A DNA stretch of 64,000 nucleotides, taken from positions 11,594,001-11,658,000 of the forward strand of contig OZ059898.1 of assembly GCA_964057225.1 (NCBI GenBank). The letters are read 5' to 3'. This document shows, one piece after another, positions 51,503 through 64,000 of the stretch. Both the position numbers and the translations under genes were made by a program. The notes below the pieces were generated by a model. The model ran no database searches. It saw only the letters and a program-made list of their open reading frames with translations, and was not told where the DNA came from. Positions within the stretch are counted from its first letter, which is position 1. Each line of letters opens with the position of its first letter. Source of the stretch: Auanema rhodensis (taxonomy: Eukaryota; Animalia; Nematoda).

Positions 51503-54500
51503 ATGGAGAGTGAACATTCCAATATTTCAATACGAGATGAGGAGGAAGAGGAAGAAGAGGTTAACTCTTAAGGATACTTGAAATCATCTCTCAAACTTTT
51601 TCAGCTATTCCTTGAACCTAGATTAAAGTATGATCGAGTTATAGGCGAGCAGGCTGTAAAGGTTCTCAATGCTCTCACTTTACAATGATTTTTGATTGTT
51701 TGTAGATGCTTGAATCCGATGTCATAACATGCATTTGTGTAAATGAAAAGTTGATTGGTGTTGGAGCTCAATCTGGTAGAATATGGATAATGGATCATTT
51801 AGGCTTTGGTGATACTGCAAATATACCTGTATATTATTTCGAATAGCTCAATATGGACTGAATATAATTTATAGGTGATGCAACCTCATCGTAGTAAAGT
51901 TACTAGATTGGACTTAGATCCCGGGGGTAATGTAGTCATTAGTTGTGGAAATGATTATCGTGTAGTCGTATCTAGTTTTGATTCAAGAGAAACATCATAC
52001 GTATGAAATATCGTTGATATGTTCAACCTCAATTAATTCTTTCAGGTATTGAACTTGCCTTTCATGCCCAAATGTATAGCATTAATGCCAAATTTTATAA
52101 CAAATAACAAATTCTATGTGGGGGAACGAAGCTTAGCTGTATATGAACGGAAAAAACTATTCAAATCACAAGTCACGGTTTGAAATCCATTCATCCAAAT
52201 GATTAGGTTATCGTTTTATTTTAGAAGACATTGTATACAGGCCAGGTTAAAGAAGGGCATATTACCCGATGCTCGTGTAACGGGAACTATATTGCATTTA
52301 CTAATGATGGTGGAACACGAATTATGGATAGGTATTATGAGATTAGGGACAACTTTCACATCAGATTTGCAGATTGACTGAAAAAATTCTTCCTCCTATA
52401 ACCTTAACTCATGATCCTAAGACATATTGTACTTCTAAGTGTCCTCCGTCACATGCTTGGTTAAATGGTTTTTGTTTTATTTTTATTTATTTTTTTTATT
52501 TTTTTATTATTAGCTGAGCAAATTGCCATTGGTTGGGCTGATACTGTGATTATTGCTAAAGTGGTATGAGTCTTGCTTTTTTTTATTCTAAAGTAATGTT
52601 TCCTTCTTAGAGTCATTCGGCCTGCGAAATCCTCTATTCTTGGAATTTGAAAGGATTCCTCTGTTCAGGGATCTCATTTATACTCAATAATGAGCTGCCA
52701 CAAATTGTTTTTTTTGGTTTGAAGCCCGAAGATGATATGGAAGATGACGATGCCAAGGTATTCCTTAAAATATTGCTAATAGTTTCTATATTTTGTAGTC
52801 AATGTTCTCCACTGAATCGCTGTCTTGCACTGCTTCAAAACCTCCACTAATTCAAGTTTTTGTTTGTGAACCAATTTCTACAGAGAAATTCAGATTAGTC
52901 TCAGAGGACAGGATAAAGTATTTGCAAAATAGCAGGGCACATGACGAATATTGAATTGCAGATTAGATGTCAGGAAGGATTCGCAACCTTTTCAATACCA
53001 ATTTATGGGTCTACCTTCATGTGATACTTATTTCTTAATAGGACCAAACGATTTCGTTGTGGTATGGCATGTTGTTGATGAAATTTGGTTAATTTACCTC
53101 TAGGCTACTCCATACAGCTCACTGGATGCAGTTAAATGGAGAATTGAAAATAATTTATGGGAAGAAGCTTGGAATTTGGCGAAAGAACGGTGTGTGAAAG
53201 TTGTTTACTATTCCTTATCTTGGATTTAGTGCCTCTGAGTTGGAAGGGACCGAATATGACATGAGAACTGTAGGCACAGGAATGGTGGAATATTTAATTG
53301 CATGTGATGATGCTAGATCTGCTGCCAATATGTGTGTTGATGTGAGTCTAAGAAGGATTAACAACAACTCACAAAGAATTATTAGTTGTATTCATAGTGA
53401 ACATTGCTTTCAGGTTTGTGGCAAATCAAAAACAGAGTGGGAATGGGCTGTCAATGTTTTTGATCGACATGGAATACCTACGTTATTGGCTAATGTATGT
53501 GCATATTTACCCCCCCCCCCCCCCCTCTTCTTATAATATTATTAAAAGGTTTTGCCAACTAATGATCCCCAACTTGAACCAGAATGCTATGAAATTGTAC
53601 TTCAAGCTGCTTTACAAACCGATATAGCCTTATTCAAAAAACTAGTCATTTCATTCAACTCAGATATTTACCGGACTGGTATACACAATTTGATTTAATC
53701 GAAAGCTCTATTTATATCTTTGTTCAGCGTCGATTATCCAGGAAGTTCTCAATCGCATTCATTTAGCATTAACTCCAAATCGTCCTGAAGGTAATTCAAA
53801 ATGTTATTTAATTAGCATATTCATGCACTGCTAGCATGTTTCACGTAAATACTAACATTAGTGAAAAAAATTGATGCTTGACCGGTTGTGCTTCCGTTGT
53901 TGTTGTCGTTTAACCTGAGATTCAGTTTTTTTTTTTCAGAAGATGCTCTCACATCTGACGATGAAATGCGTTTGTATAATGCTCTTGCACACTTGTATGT
54001 GTATGGCAGAAACTTCAAAGATGCCATAAAGATTTATATGGATTTGAAAGACCCCCAGGTTTTCCGTGTAATAGACAAATATCATCTGTTCGAATATGTA
54101 ATAATCTTGTTAAAATATTTTTTCACTTTATGTTACTTTAGGTAAAAGATCAAATTTCGGAACTCATGCAGATTAATGTAGATTTAGCTATTCGCCTTCT
54201 ACTGGAAAATGAAGATAGTGTTGCACCTTCATTTGTTATGAGTAAACTATCCTTTGATCCGAAACTTCAGGTATACATTTCATACGTTGGCATATCCTGA
54301 ATTATTAAATATTAGATGGCATATTTGACCAAACTATTGAGCAAAAACGAGGGTAGTGAGTTCGCTGATCAAGCTGTCAGATTATACGCTGAATATGATC
54401 GCAAAAAGCTCCTCCCTTTCTTAAAGGAGAATGAGCATTATAATCTGTCGAAAGCTTTAGCTGTATGCACAAATAAGGAATACATAGATGAGGTCAGACA

Positions 54501-55345
54501 AAACTTGTTGAATGAGAGTTTAGTCTTTGCTTTTTAGATGATTTTGCTGCTCGGTAAAAGTGGAAGGCATCTTGAAGCACTCGATTGTATGCTTCGTCAA
54601 AGCTGCGCCATTCAAGAAAGTCAACTTAAAAACAGAGCAATAACTGAGAAGGACTATGAACCTCTTCTAAAAGCAATAGATTACTGCAAAGGTATTTAAT
54701 ATTATTCCTAGAAAACTACAACGGGCTTCCTAGAACATGACGACATGGACTTGTGGAACCACCTCATTAACAAAGTATTGCAATCATCTCATTTCATTGC
54801 TCGATTATTACGGGAAGCTGGAACGAGTATCGACCCTCTAGTAATAATTGAAAAGGTGAGCGCCTTCATAGTATGAATATGTGGAAGCATTTTTTAGATT
54901 CCCGTTTCCATGGATATACCAGACTTACGACGAGCCGTAGCCAAGGTCCTCACAGATTGCGCCGATCGAGTGAACCTATTGAAAGGATGTCGATTAGCAA
55001 CATACGCTGATTCTAAATTATTGCTTGACATGTATCTAAAAACTCATGCTAAAACCAAGAGTGTCAATAGCCGTTCGTCATGTTTTGTTTGCAAGTAAGC
55101 ACTTACTCACATATTTTCCGACACAGCTCTCGTTCTAGAGTATCTGTTATGAATTTTTCATCAGAAATGCGTATTTTTGGATGTGGACACTCCGCCCATG
55201 GTATATGTAGCTTAGAGGTATTAATATTATAAAAAATTGCTAATTTGTTTTTAACTTAAACTATTTTTAGATGGAAACAAAGCTTCAACGGGGAAGAAAC
55301 ACGTGTTATGTCTGTAGTGAAACTAGTCGGGAAGAATTTATGTAA
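51503..55345 (+). CDS. vps-41: Vacuolar protein sorting 41 (HOPS subunit)
   Basis: Acidic N-terminus and EPRLKYDR, WD40 (IMDHLG, IGWADT), clathrin-repeat region LYAEYDRKKLLPFL...EHDDMDLW, and C-terminal RING-like CFVC...FGCGHSAH..C. Confidence 0.93.
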
Positions 55346-56158
55346 AAGGTCTATTCGTATAAACATGTATATATTTATATATATATATATATCATTTTAA
55401 CATTGTGCATAGCTTATTACTTTAAAAATTATAAATATTTTCAAATTGTTTGCGAGAACTAGTGCCGTGTGTAGGTTCAGCAACAAATGATAAATGTTTG
55501 TGAAAAAAAACTTGTTTTCTCCTCCACGCTTTGTCATGATGTTTTCATACGTGTATTTGAGAAACAATTGGCTTGGATCATACCTTCACTCAATACTAGA
55601 AATGTTTGAATCAGTTGGTTTACCCACAAGAGATGCGAGAGAGTGAAAGAGGGAAGAGAGTATCAGCCATCAATTTGACAAGCACGATATTTACGAACTG
55701 CCCTGCACTTACTGCGAAAATAATACTTCAGTACTTTGGTATCGATATATACTTTTTTGATTTACTATATACGTATAGTATCAGTTGTATTTTAACTTCT
55801 TTTTATTGATCTCTTGTTTTCATAATCTTTTAATGGTAATGGATTCGTTCAAAAGGAATATGCATGCACGTATCGATTTGTGTTATTCTGGTCCTTTTCC
55901 GCTTTCAAGTGTTCTCCTTTCATTGCTGTTCCACTTATTTCAATCGTATACAATGTGTTTCATTATTTTCGCTAAACTTTTTATGGTTTAATATCTTTAT
56001 TTCAAATTTCATTCTAGATTAAGGAATGAAACTTCATCGTTTCCTAGCAACCACATTGGCTCACCAGAATTTCTGTTTCCGTTTAATTTTCGTCTTTCAT
56101 ATTTTAAATTTTAGTCAATTCACTTCGCATAACTTTCCAACATTTTCAGAAATTATAA

Positions 56159-59100
56159 ATGAGCACTGGGAAGAAAGTTTTAGATCCATTAGTAGAATGC
56201 CCAGAGGCTTCTGATTGTATTGACCCATTCGACAAGGGTAATTCTTGTTTTTCTACCTTTTCCATTAACTAACATTTGAATCATTTCAGAAGAACTGAGA
56301 TGTGGTCCTTCACTAGAAGCATCAACTTCAGGTTTAATGGAATCATATCAACCAACGAGAAACAAAACAAGCGAAGTAAGTTTTTTTTGACCATTTTCTC
56401 GTAATCCAAGAATTCCCATGCAATTTCTCTTCTTATTTCTCATTTTAACGCTGTAGATATCTGAAAACCAAATTTTTTTTAAGTAGTTTGTTTTTAAAAA
56501 CTTCATCTCTAGTTTTATTGTGAGGTCTTTATTCTTCGCTCTTAAACAATACAGCCAGTCAATATTATCAATATTGTTTAAGCAGAACAAGCGACGACGA
56601 ACGGGATCACGCTTGAGTCTAGCTAGTTTGTTTAGTTTCTCATCACAAGGTCGCGATAAAGAAGTACAACGAGAAAGGTTTGTCTCGATTAAAAATTGCC
56701 TTTCATATTTCTATATTTAGATCACGTTCTGGATACTCCTACGAAGGAGATCAATCAGAAGTTCTCTCATCTGTATCTGTTAGTGATTTGCGTTCAACAG
56801 GAAGTGATAGTCTTGAGAACAGACGGTTCTTTACAATCTTGGGGTTTATTATTTGATTTTTTGGCTTTTAAGGTATCGAAACAGTGAAGGTGAGTGTCAC
56901 GACCATTCGCTTGATCGTGATTGTTACGAGATGCTTCTTGGAGACCTCGACGGTGAAGAAGAAGAAGTTGTATGTAAAAAGGTTAGTTTATTTCATTCTC
57001 CCATATGTTCGCTTATTCTCGTTATAGGGTAATATAAAAATGAGAGAATGTCCTTTATGTTGTATGAAACAGCCGTTGCACAATTTTCCAAAGCTTGTGG
57101 GATGTTCACATCGAAGTTGTAGACTATGTTTAATGCAGGTTTCTATTAACTTTTCTCTGCAAAGTTTATCCTGCTGCTCTTTTAGTATGTTGAATTGGAA
57201 ATTACTGAAAATCGGGTTGAAGTGTCATGCCCAGAGTGCCCTAATTTTTTGCATCCTTCCGATATCAAGTAAGCTTTAATGAAACAGTTTCTTTTTTAAG
57301 TTTTTTTCTCTCAGAAGACTTGTTGGAAAACGTGCTGGTTTAATAGAAAAATATGAGAAATTTTCTCTTCGTCGGTATTTACTTTCTGAACCTGATGCTC
57401 GATGGTGCCCAGCTCCAGACTGCGGGTAAGCTTACCTTATTTGATTTGTCGTGTACTCAAGTTTCTTTAAAGATTTGCTGTTATTGCTTCCTCTTGTGCA
57501 GCTTGTCCTCAACTGAGGTGCATGAGAGAATCGTGTGGAGCTCTTTTCTGTTATCATTGCAAGGTAATTTGTAAATTTCATATATAACTAAAATGCTATT
57601 CAGAGTGCCTGGCACGCTAACCAAACATGTGATGAAGCTCGTAGAGCTAGAGGAATAGTTCCCACATTAAGAGCTGTTGTAACCCGAAGAATAACTGATG
57701 TTTCCGTTGAAGCTCACTTAAAACGTAGTTTGTTATTTTTCTTATTTAATCGTTTTCACAGCTTTTATATTTACAGCAGGAGATATTAAAGGTTGTCCTC
57801 GATGTCATACTTATATTGTTAAAATGGACGATGGTTCCTGTAACCATATGGTCTGTGCTATGTGTTCTGCAGAATTCTGCTGGTTATGTCTTAAAGAAAT
57901 TAGTGATTTACATTACCTCAGGTGCGTTTGTTTTTCTTGATCTCGTTTTTGAGAAACATTTTTAGTCCTACTGGTTGTACATTTTGGGGGAAAAAGCCAT
58001 GGACTCGTAAGAAGAAACTTTTATGGCAAGTTGGTACCCTAATTGGGGCTCCTCTCGGCATTGCCTTAATTGCTGGGCTTTCAATTCCTGGCATTATATT
58101 TGGTGTTCCAGTATTTGTAGGAAGGTTTATATAGCAAGACCAGGTCTTCTCTTTTCATACTTTTCTTTTTTTAGAAAGGTTCATCAACGTTTCTTACATC
58201 ATTCCAAGTTACGTCGTCGAACAGTAACAGCTGCCTGCGTTGCAGGCTCGTTGGTGGTATCACCCGTGCTTGCTGTTATGGCCATCGGTAATTAATTTTG
58301 CATTTTCTATTTTTAGTTTTTCTATTTCATTCTTATCTTTTGCTATATTTATTGTTTTTTATGGCCATTATTCTTATATGTTCAGGAGTGGGAGTTCCAA
58401 TTATGTTAGCCTATGTTTATGGGGTAGTTCCCTTATCGTTATGTAGAAGTGGAGGTATGTTTTCTTATTACTATTTCAAATTAAATTTTCACTCATTGTA
58501 GGATGCGGGTTATCTGATACAGCAAATAATCTCAATATTGATACGTTGGATGAGGACACAGATTTATGGAAAGATGCCGTCGGTAGTGTTTTCATGAAAA
58601 TTGATATTAACTCAAACGTAATGCTATAGAGGAAGCTAGGCATCCAGCTTATATGGAGTCTGATCGTTTGGATGATAATAATTCTATAGCCCCTGGCCTT
58701 TCCTTTCAAAGTGGATTATTGTCTAGTAATCAAGTTCGATTAATTGTACATAATAACAGCAAGAGAACTCGAAGTCCCAGCATGTCTTCTGGTTTGGAAA
58801 TTGTTTCATGTGTTTGTTTTTATCTTAATTACTCTCAGGATCAGGAAGATTGAGTCCAGATGCTAGAGTAAATTACGAGGAAGCTAGCACTAAAGCTCTT
58901 GCTGGCAGTCAATATCATTTTCATTATGATGATAAGGTATTATTGAAGTTTAAGTTAATAAAGCATAATAATCATATCGGTCAGAGTGTAAATACGTTGT
59001 ACTCTGGTCATGAAGCTAATTCGTACAGTGAAGAAGTGGCAAGTACCAAAGCATTAGCAGGGTCTGTTCACGATTCCAAAAGTCTTAGCGAGAGTTGCCA

Positions 59101-59889
59101 TAGGCAAAAATTGGAAGAAAATGGTTTGAATGACGTTAAATCGGTGAATAAATTTCTATTTTATTTTTAGAAGAAAGCCATGTTCCAGCATGTGCTACAT
59201 CATCGAATTCGTCATCTGAATACACTCGGTACGTATACTTTATTTTATGATTTTATTTTATTTCTTTATTTTTCAGTATTCAAATAGAAGATCCTATTGT
59301 TGCCCCCATTCGCAGGCGAATGGAGAACCGTGTTAAAGTTGTAAAAACGGTGGCTCATGTGCACCCTATCCCCACATCACCAGGTATGCATGATGATTTT
59401 TGAACATCTATTCTAAATTAACTTCTAGTTGCTGAGGGAGAAGAAGGTTCTGGTGGAATGGACGAAATGCCTTCTGGCAGTCAAGTTTCTTCTCAACCTG
59501 GACCGTCTCAGTTCGATATCTTGAAGGATGACACAGATCCATTTAAAATTCGAACCCTGTTGGATAACATGAAACAAATGGTAGCTGTTGATATACCATC
59601 AGAGCGTGCTTATGAGTGAGTGTTCGTCTTAATCTCTATAGTGAATTCAAATTTTCAGGCCACCTCGATCCGTGCATGCATCCAAGTTCCGTCGTTCCGG
59701 TTCCGGCCGAAGTTTGGCTACTGTTGCTACTTATTCCAGTGCTCCTGATTCTCAATTTACACGGTAATTCAGTGTAATTTCTTCTAAAATAATCAAAAAT
59801 AATATTTTAGGTCTGAGACCACATCAGTATCTCATGTACGTCCTAAAAGGAATTTCTTTCAGAGTATTTTCACTAGGAGCAAAAGATGA
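56159..59889 (+). CDS. RBR E3 ubiquitin ligase, RNF19/Dorfin type
   Basis: RING1 ECPLC...[17 protein letters not shown]...[18 protein letters not shown]2 [21 protein letters not shown]...FCWLC, and [13 protein letters not shown] followed by two TM segments. The 5' exons are less certain. Confidence 0.9.
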
Positions 59890-60189
59890 AAAGTCCGGTT
59901 AACATAGTTTTATCTTTCTGGTCAATTGTTTGAATGAAAAAATCTTTATTATTATTGTTTAAATGGTTTATATATATATATATATACTTACATTTTCATT
60001 AAGGTATAACATATCTTAAATATCTTTGTACCATAATTTTAAAAAAATATTATGATGTGATTTACATTCCGAAATAGTAAATTATTAGATTTATTTCAAT
60101 TGTTTTCATATTGCATAGGTTTTTCTGAATACGTTATCTAAAAAAGGCAATTCAACTCATGTTACGATATAACAAATTAAGTTTAGAAT

Positions 60190-61135
60190 ATGATCCAAGA
60201 AGATGATCTTAAGCTATCATCGTATGATGGCTTAGATTCAGTTATGAAACAGCAATGTTCTGAATGTAAACGGAATCGAATGTACTTTTGTTATGATTGT
60301 CGCACACCCTTACCTGGGATATTTACTCCTTCTATTACAGTTAGTCATGTTGTTCTGGATTAAATGTTAGCTTACTCACCTGTTATAGCTTCCCTGCGAT
60401 GTTGATATTATCAAGCATCCAAAGGAAAAAAATTCCAAAAGTAGTGCCATTCATTGTAAAATTGTAGCTCAAAAACAAACTAGAGTGGGGCGATTAACCG
60501 GAAGTCAGTTTCTAATTCAGTTACTTCTTTCAGGTTTTTGATTGGCCCAAAGTCTATGATTATAGGACTGAGGAAAGTGATGCTGAGGGTGCAACGGTAA
60601 CTCCATTTCCTTTCGTGAATATACTGAAAATTTTCAATCTCTGTTTAAGGTCCTAGTTTTTCCCTCCAAAACAGCTGTTTCCATTGAGGAGTTTGTGAAA
60701 GAAAAAGGTCCCATAAAAAGAATAGTAGTCCTAGATTGCACTTGGTTTCAAGTCGGACAAATGAGAAGAACGCCTGAGATTCAAGGTTTTTTTATTACAA
60801 AACTCAATATCGTACACTTATACTTTCAGGACTTCCTTGTGTCTCCTTAAATAGTTATAAGACAGCATATTGGAGGCCACAATATAATTATAATGAAGTT
60901 TGAAAGAACTGCAAAGCAAAATTATATTGTTTTAATTTTTTAGTCGTTTTTGGCAACTATTGAGGCTATTTATTATTCTCTCAGAGAAATCCATGAACTA
61001 CAAATCGGCGCTTATGATAAGTGTGAGTCAATGCATCTTCATCAAAAGAAAATAACATTTCTTACAGCATTTGATGACTTGCTGTTTTGGTTTTTCCATA
61101 CAAAACGGAAAGTTAATGATAAAAGAAGGGAATGA
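60190..61135 (+). CDS. DTWD1: DTW domain protein 1 (tRNA-uridine aminocarboxypropyltransferase)
   Basis: CSECKRNRMYFCYDC, DIIKHPKEKNSKSSAIH, VLDCTWFQ, YKTAYWRPQ, LATIEAIYY, FDDLLFWF. Confidence 0.9.
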
Positions 61136-61314
61136 GCTGGAAAACTTGGAGCGTGAAATAAGAATTCTGAGTAAATTGAACTTTGAGTTGTTATTCTTTT
61201 TTGTTTTTTGTTGATAAATTTTTATTTTCTATATCTTTACAATAATCATTTGCTCGAATCATGCAAGATATATCTTAAAATAGTATTTTTTGAAAATACA
61301 AAAATATTTTTTAG

Positions 61315-61934
61315 ATGTATTCACGTGGCTTAATCAGAAGTTTTCAAAATAGTTGTAGGTTTTTTAGTGAACGAGTAGTAATACCTAGAGCTAGAGTACA
61401 TTATAAGGTTTTATAATAGAATTCCTTTTGCTTACGTTAATGATTCAGAAAAGAAACTATGAAAAAACTGAATTCAGTTCTCAGCTCATAAGTCATTTAG
61501 AAAAGTTGTCTCTTGTTCGTTTTACTGACGAGGCTGTAAGTAGTTGAGGGTGGGAATGTTAAATGCTTCAAGTTTTTAAGGCTGTTATAAACTTGAGGGA
61601 TGCAGTATCTCGGGCGAACCGGTTACTAGATGTTGATGTGGAAGTAATATTTTAGAGAACTATAAATTTAAAATTATCTTTAATGTAAAAATAGGGAGTT
61701 TCTGAAATGGAATTCGTATGGGAAAATAAGAAATGCGAACTGCATGACGATAATGAACAGAATCTACTTACAGCCGATAGGGTAAAAAGATTCTAACTTA
61801 TATGATTGACGTTTCAGTTTCAGGCTCTAGCAAATGCTGCTAAAAAAGTAGAAGACTTTTTCGTCACTCCACCGGGAAATGTGCCATTAGAAGAATCCGA
61901 AGTGAAATTAGATATAAAAGCAATAAATAAATGA
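61315..61934 (+). CDS. GATC: Mitochondrial glutamyl-tRNA(Gln) amidotransferase subunit C
   Basis: Basic presequence MYSRGLIRSFQNSCRFFS, then LISHLEKLSLVRF...L.DAVSRANRLLDVDVEGV...ALANAAKKVEDFFVTPPGNVPL. Confidence 0.88.
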
Positions 61935-62049
61935 GTTCAATTGTCTATATAAATTCTTCAAATTATAATTTTTTTCCATTACTCAAATGGGCTTGTACAG
62001 ACTGTGCTGGAACTTGACTCCTGTAATCTTTGAACTTCTAATACATGTA

Positions 62050-62115
62050 GATATAAATATATAAATATATAAATATATATATGTATATATGTATATATAT
62101 ATATATATATATATA
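62050..62115. repeat. TA-rich microsatellite
   Basis: ATATAA and (TA)n runs. Confidence 0.8.
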
Positions 62116-63141
62116 GCATTGTTCGATTTAGATGGCTAAAATTTATTAAAATTATTACATTTTCAGATGCAAATACTCGTTTTCTCTATTTTTTACTTTC
62201 CTCCTTTGTATCATATCACGAGATTATTATTGAATATGAGAATAAAGAACTTTTCCATTACTGATTTACAGCTTTTTGGAGTGAAACTAATTAATTTTTG
62301 CGATTCATTGGTTTGGAGCATTATAATGAAGATGTATGACGTTAGATTGGTAGCCATCGTACCGTATAAAGAGATTCATATTTATGAAAGGTAAACCAAG
62401 CCGATTAAATACTATTAAACAGAAATAGCATATTATAACAAGAGGCAAAAGCTACTCTTTCTCTCTTCAGGTGTGCGCAGGTGTGAACTGATCATGTAGC
62501 TTTTTTACCATATTAGACTAGATTTTCTTATCAAAATAATCATTGCACGTTCCTCCTAGTTGTCTTTTTTCCCAGTCGTTTTCTGTTGGTGTTCTATGTA
62601 TTTGCTAACTATTATCTCTCTTCAACCCACCTTATCTGTTTTAAACCTAAAAAACCTATAGATAGCTATTAATTTCGTGATTATCAACTTTATCCGGCAT
62701 TAGCTACTTCCAAAGTTGTAATCCAAAAAGTTTCAAACTTCCTGTCTTCAAGCTTCATAGCTTCATTTTTGTCCACTATCCAATCAAATTGCCATTAACT
62801 TATGCTGGTCATCGTGCGACCACAAATGAAGTTTCCGCCTGCTTCTATTGAACTCATCATTATTTTCATAATGATCATAGTCATTATCTAGTTACATTGA
62901 CTATAGAAATTCCAATTTTGCATAAACGGTTTCATCGGCTGAAGCTGGTCTCAAGTAGATTGTTCTCACTCACTCCTCTGAAAGTTCCAGCTGATCCAGC
63001 TGAACATTCTGCCAGCCAATTCTATAGTTCCGCAAAATCTTCACCTATCCATTACGTGTATCAATTTTTGATCTAATCGTCGTTTTAATATTGTAAAAAT
63101 CTTCCATTATTGCTAAAAAAATCCAATCACTTCCAGAGGGT

Positions 63142-63449
63142 ATGATGAGTACTTTAACAAAAGTCTTCGCTTTACTTTGCATTTGTGCTGCAGTTGTACA
63201 GATATCAGCTTTCTCTGTATTTGATCCATATATGGAAAGTCAATTCCCTACTTCTAGAGTTTCTAGTGTCGGCGAAGATATATACAGGTATCAGTTCTTA
63301 ACTGCATATCACAAATTCCATTTACTTGTTTCAGAACAACAGCAGATAAACGTCGTTCGCAGCTTCGAAATTGCTACTTGTCGCCGGTGCAATGCTTACT
63401 TCCGGTAGATAATCAGCGTTTCTCTAAGTTCCATAAAAGACTTGTCTGA
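63142..63449 (+). CDS. Neuropeptide precursor, allatostatin-C/somatostatin-like
   Basis: Two exons (63142-63287, 63335-63449): signal peptide, then KR-RSQLRNCYLSPVQCLLPVDNQRFSKFH-KR. The C-x6-C ring resembles AstC (CYFNPISC). Confidence 0.8.
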
Positions 63450-63889
63450 GTGTCTGCATAGTATCAGCCCATTCTTGCAATCGGATTGTCAGCCTATTCT
63501 TTCTTTTTTGATACTTGAAATATTGTAAAATGCATATTATATTTTGTTTAGAGCGACCAGATCTCGAAATAAACTTATTGATATACCTACATATAATATA
63601 TATAATATATAATATATAGTATATATATTTAATATATAGCATAACATATTTCAGTGTATGAATGGGAAAAATAAAGGTTTTCTGTTGCTCTTTTACGGTA
63701 AATATCAATAAATGGCTGGTCATTATGCTACTAAATGGATATGGAAAAAGGTTGTCCAACAGTAGCACATAACCAATCATTACTTTTCATTGAAAAATCC
63801 ATTTTTATTAGTTTTTTAATAATATGGCAGCAACGACGATAACGACCTCGAATACCAATTTGTAATCCTAGTTTTCATAATAAAACATA

Positions 63890-63914
63890 ATAATAATAAT
63901 AATAATAATAATAA
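63890..63914. repeat. (AAT)n microsatellite
   Basis: Direct AAT run. Confidence 0.85.
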
Positions 63915-64000
63915 CATATGTATACGTATAAAATGAAAATTGATTTGTTTTATTTATAATTCTTGAAAAATAAATTAGCATAACCATTGAATGCTTCACG

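Overview
AT-rich eukaryotic DNA with many ~45-55 nt introns, from a rhabditid-type nematode (inferred from Srt chemoreceptors, C. elegans-like tRNAs, operon-like spacing and trans-splice-like acceptors). There is no prokaryotic, CRISPR or phage content. 1-16 kb is a very AT-rich accessory block: four Srt chemoreceptor genes, an Srx/Srxa-like GPCR, Tc1/mariner- and hAT-like MITEs, a 15-bp minisatellite and a DPNY(Q/G)TLA-repeat protein gene. 16-64 kb holds conserved genes: SCYL2 (with two antisense ShK-like genes in one intron), LYST, a Ly6-like gene, tektin (intronic tRNA-Ser, upstream X-box), chtl-1/SLC44 (candidate alternative first exons, tRNA-Lys), a nearly FG-less Nup62-like gene, UVRAG, VPS41, an RNF19-type RBR ligase, DTWD1, GatC and an allatostatin-C-like neuropeptide precursor. 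Most notable: a 553-bp near-identical tract shared by two otherwise divergent GPCRs, an isoform-specific PTAP+PPPY ESCRT-type N-terminus on the choline transporter, the FG-poor Nup62, a tightly spaced UVRAG-VPS41 operon candidate, and frequent AAG/TAG 3' splice sites. Gene models were traced by eye and no database searches were run.
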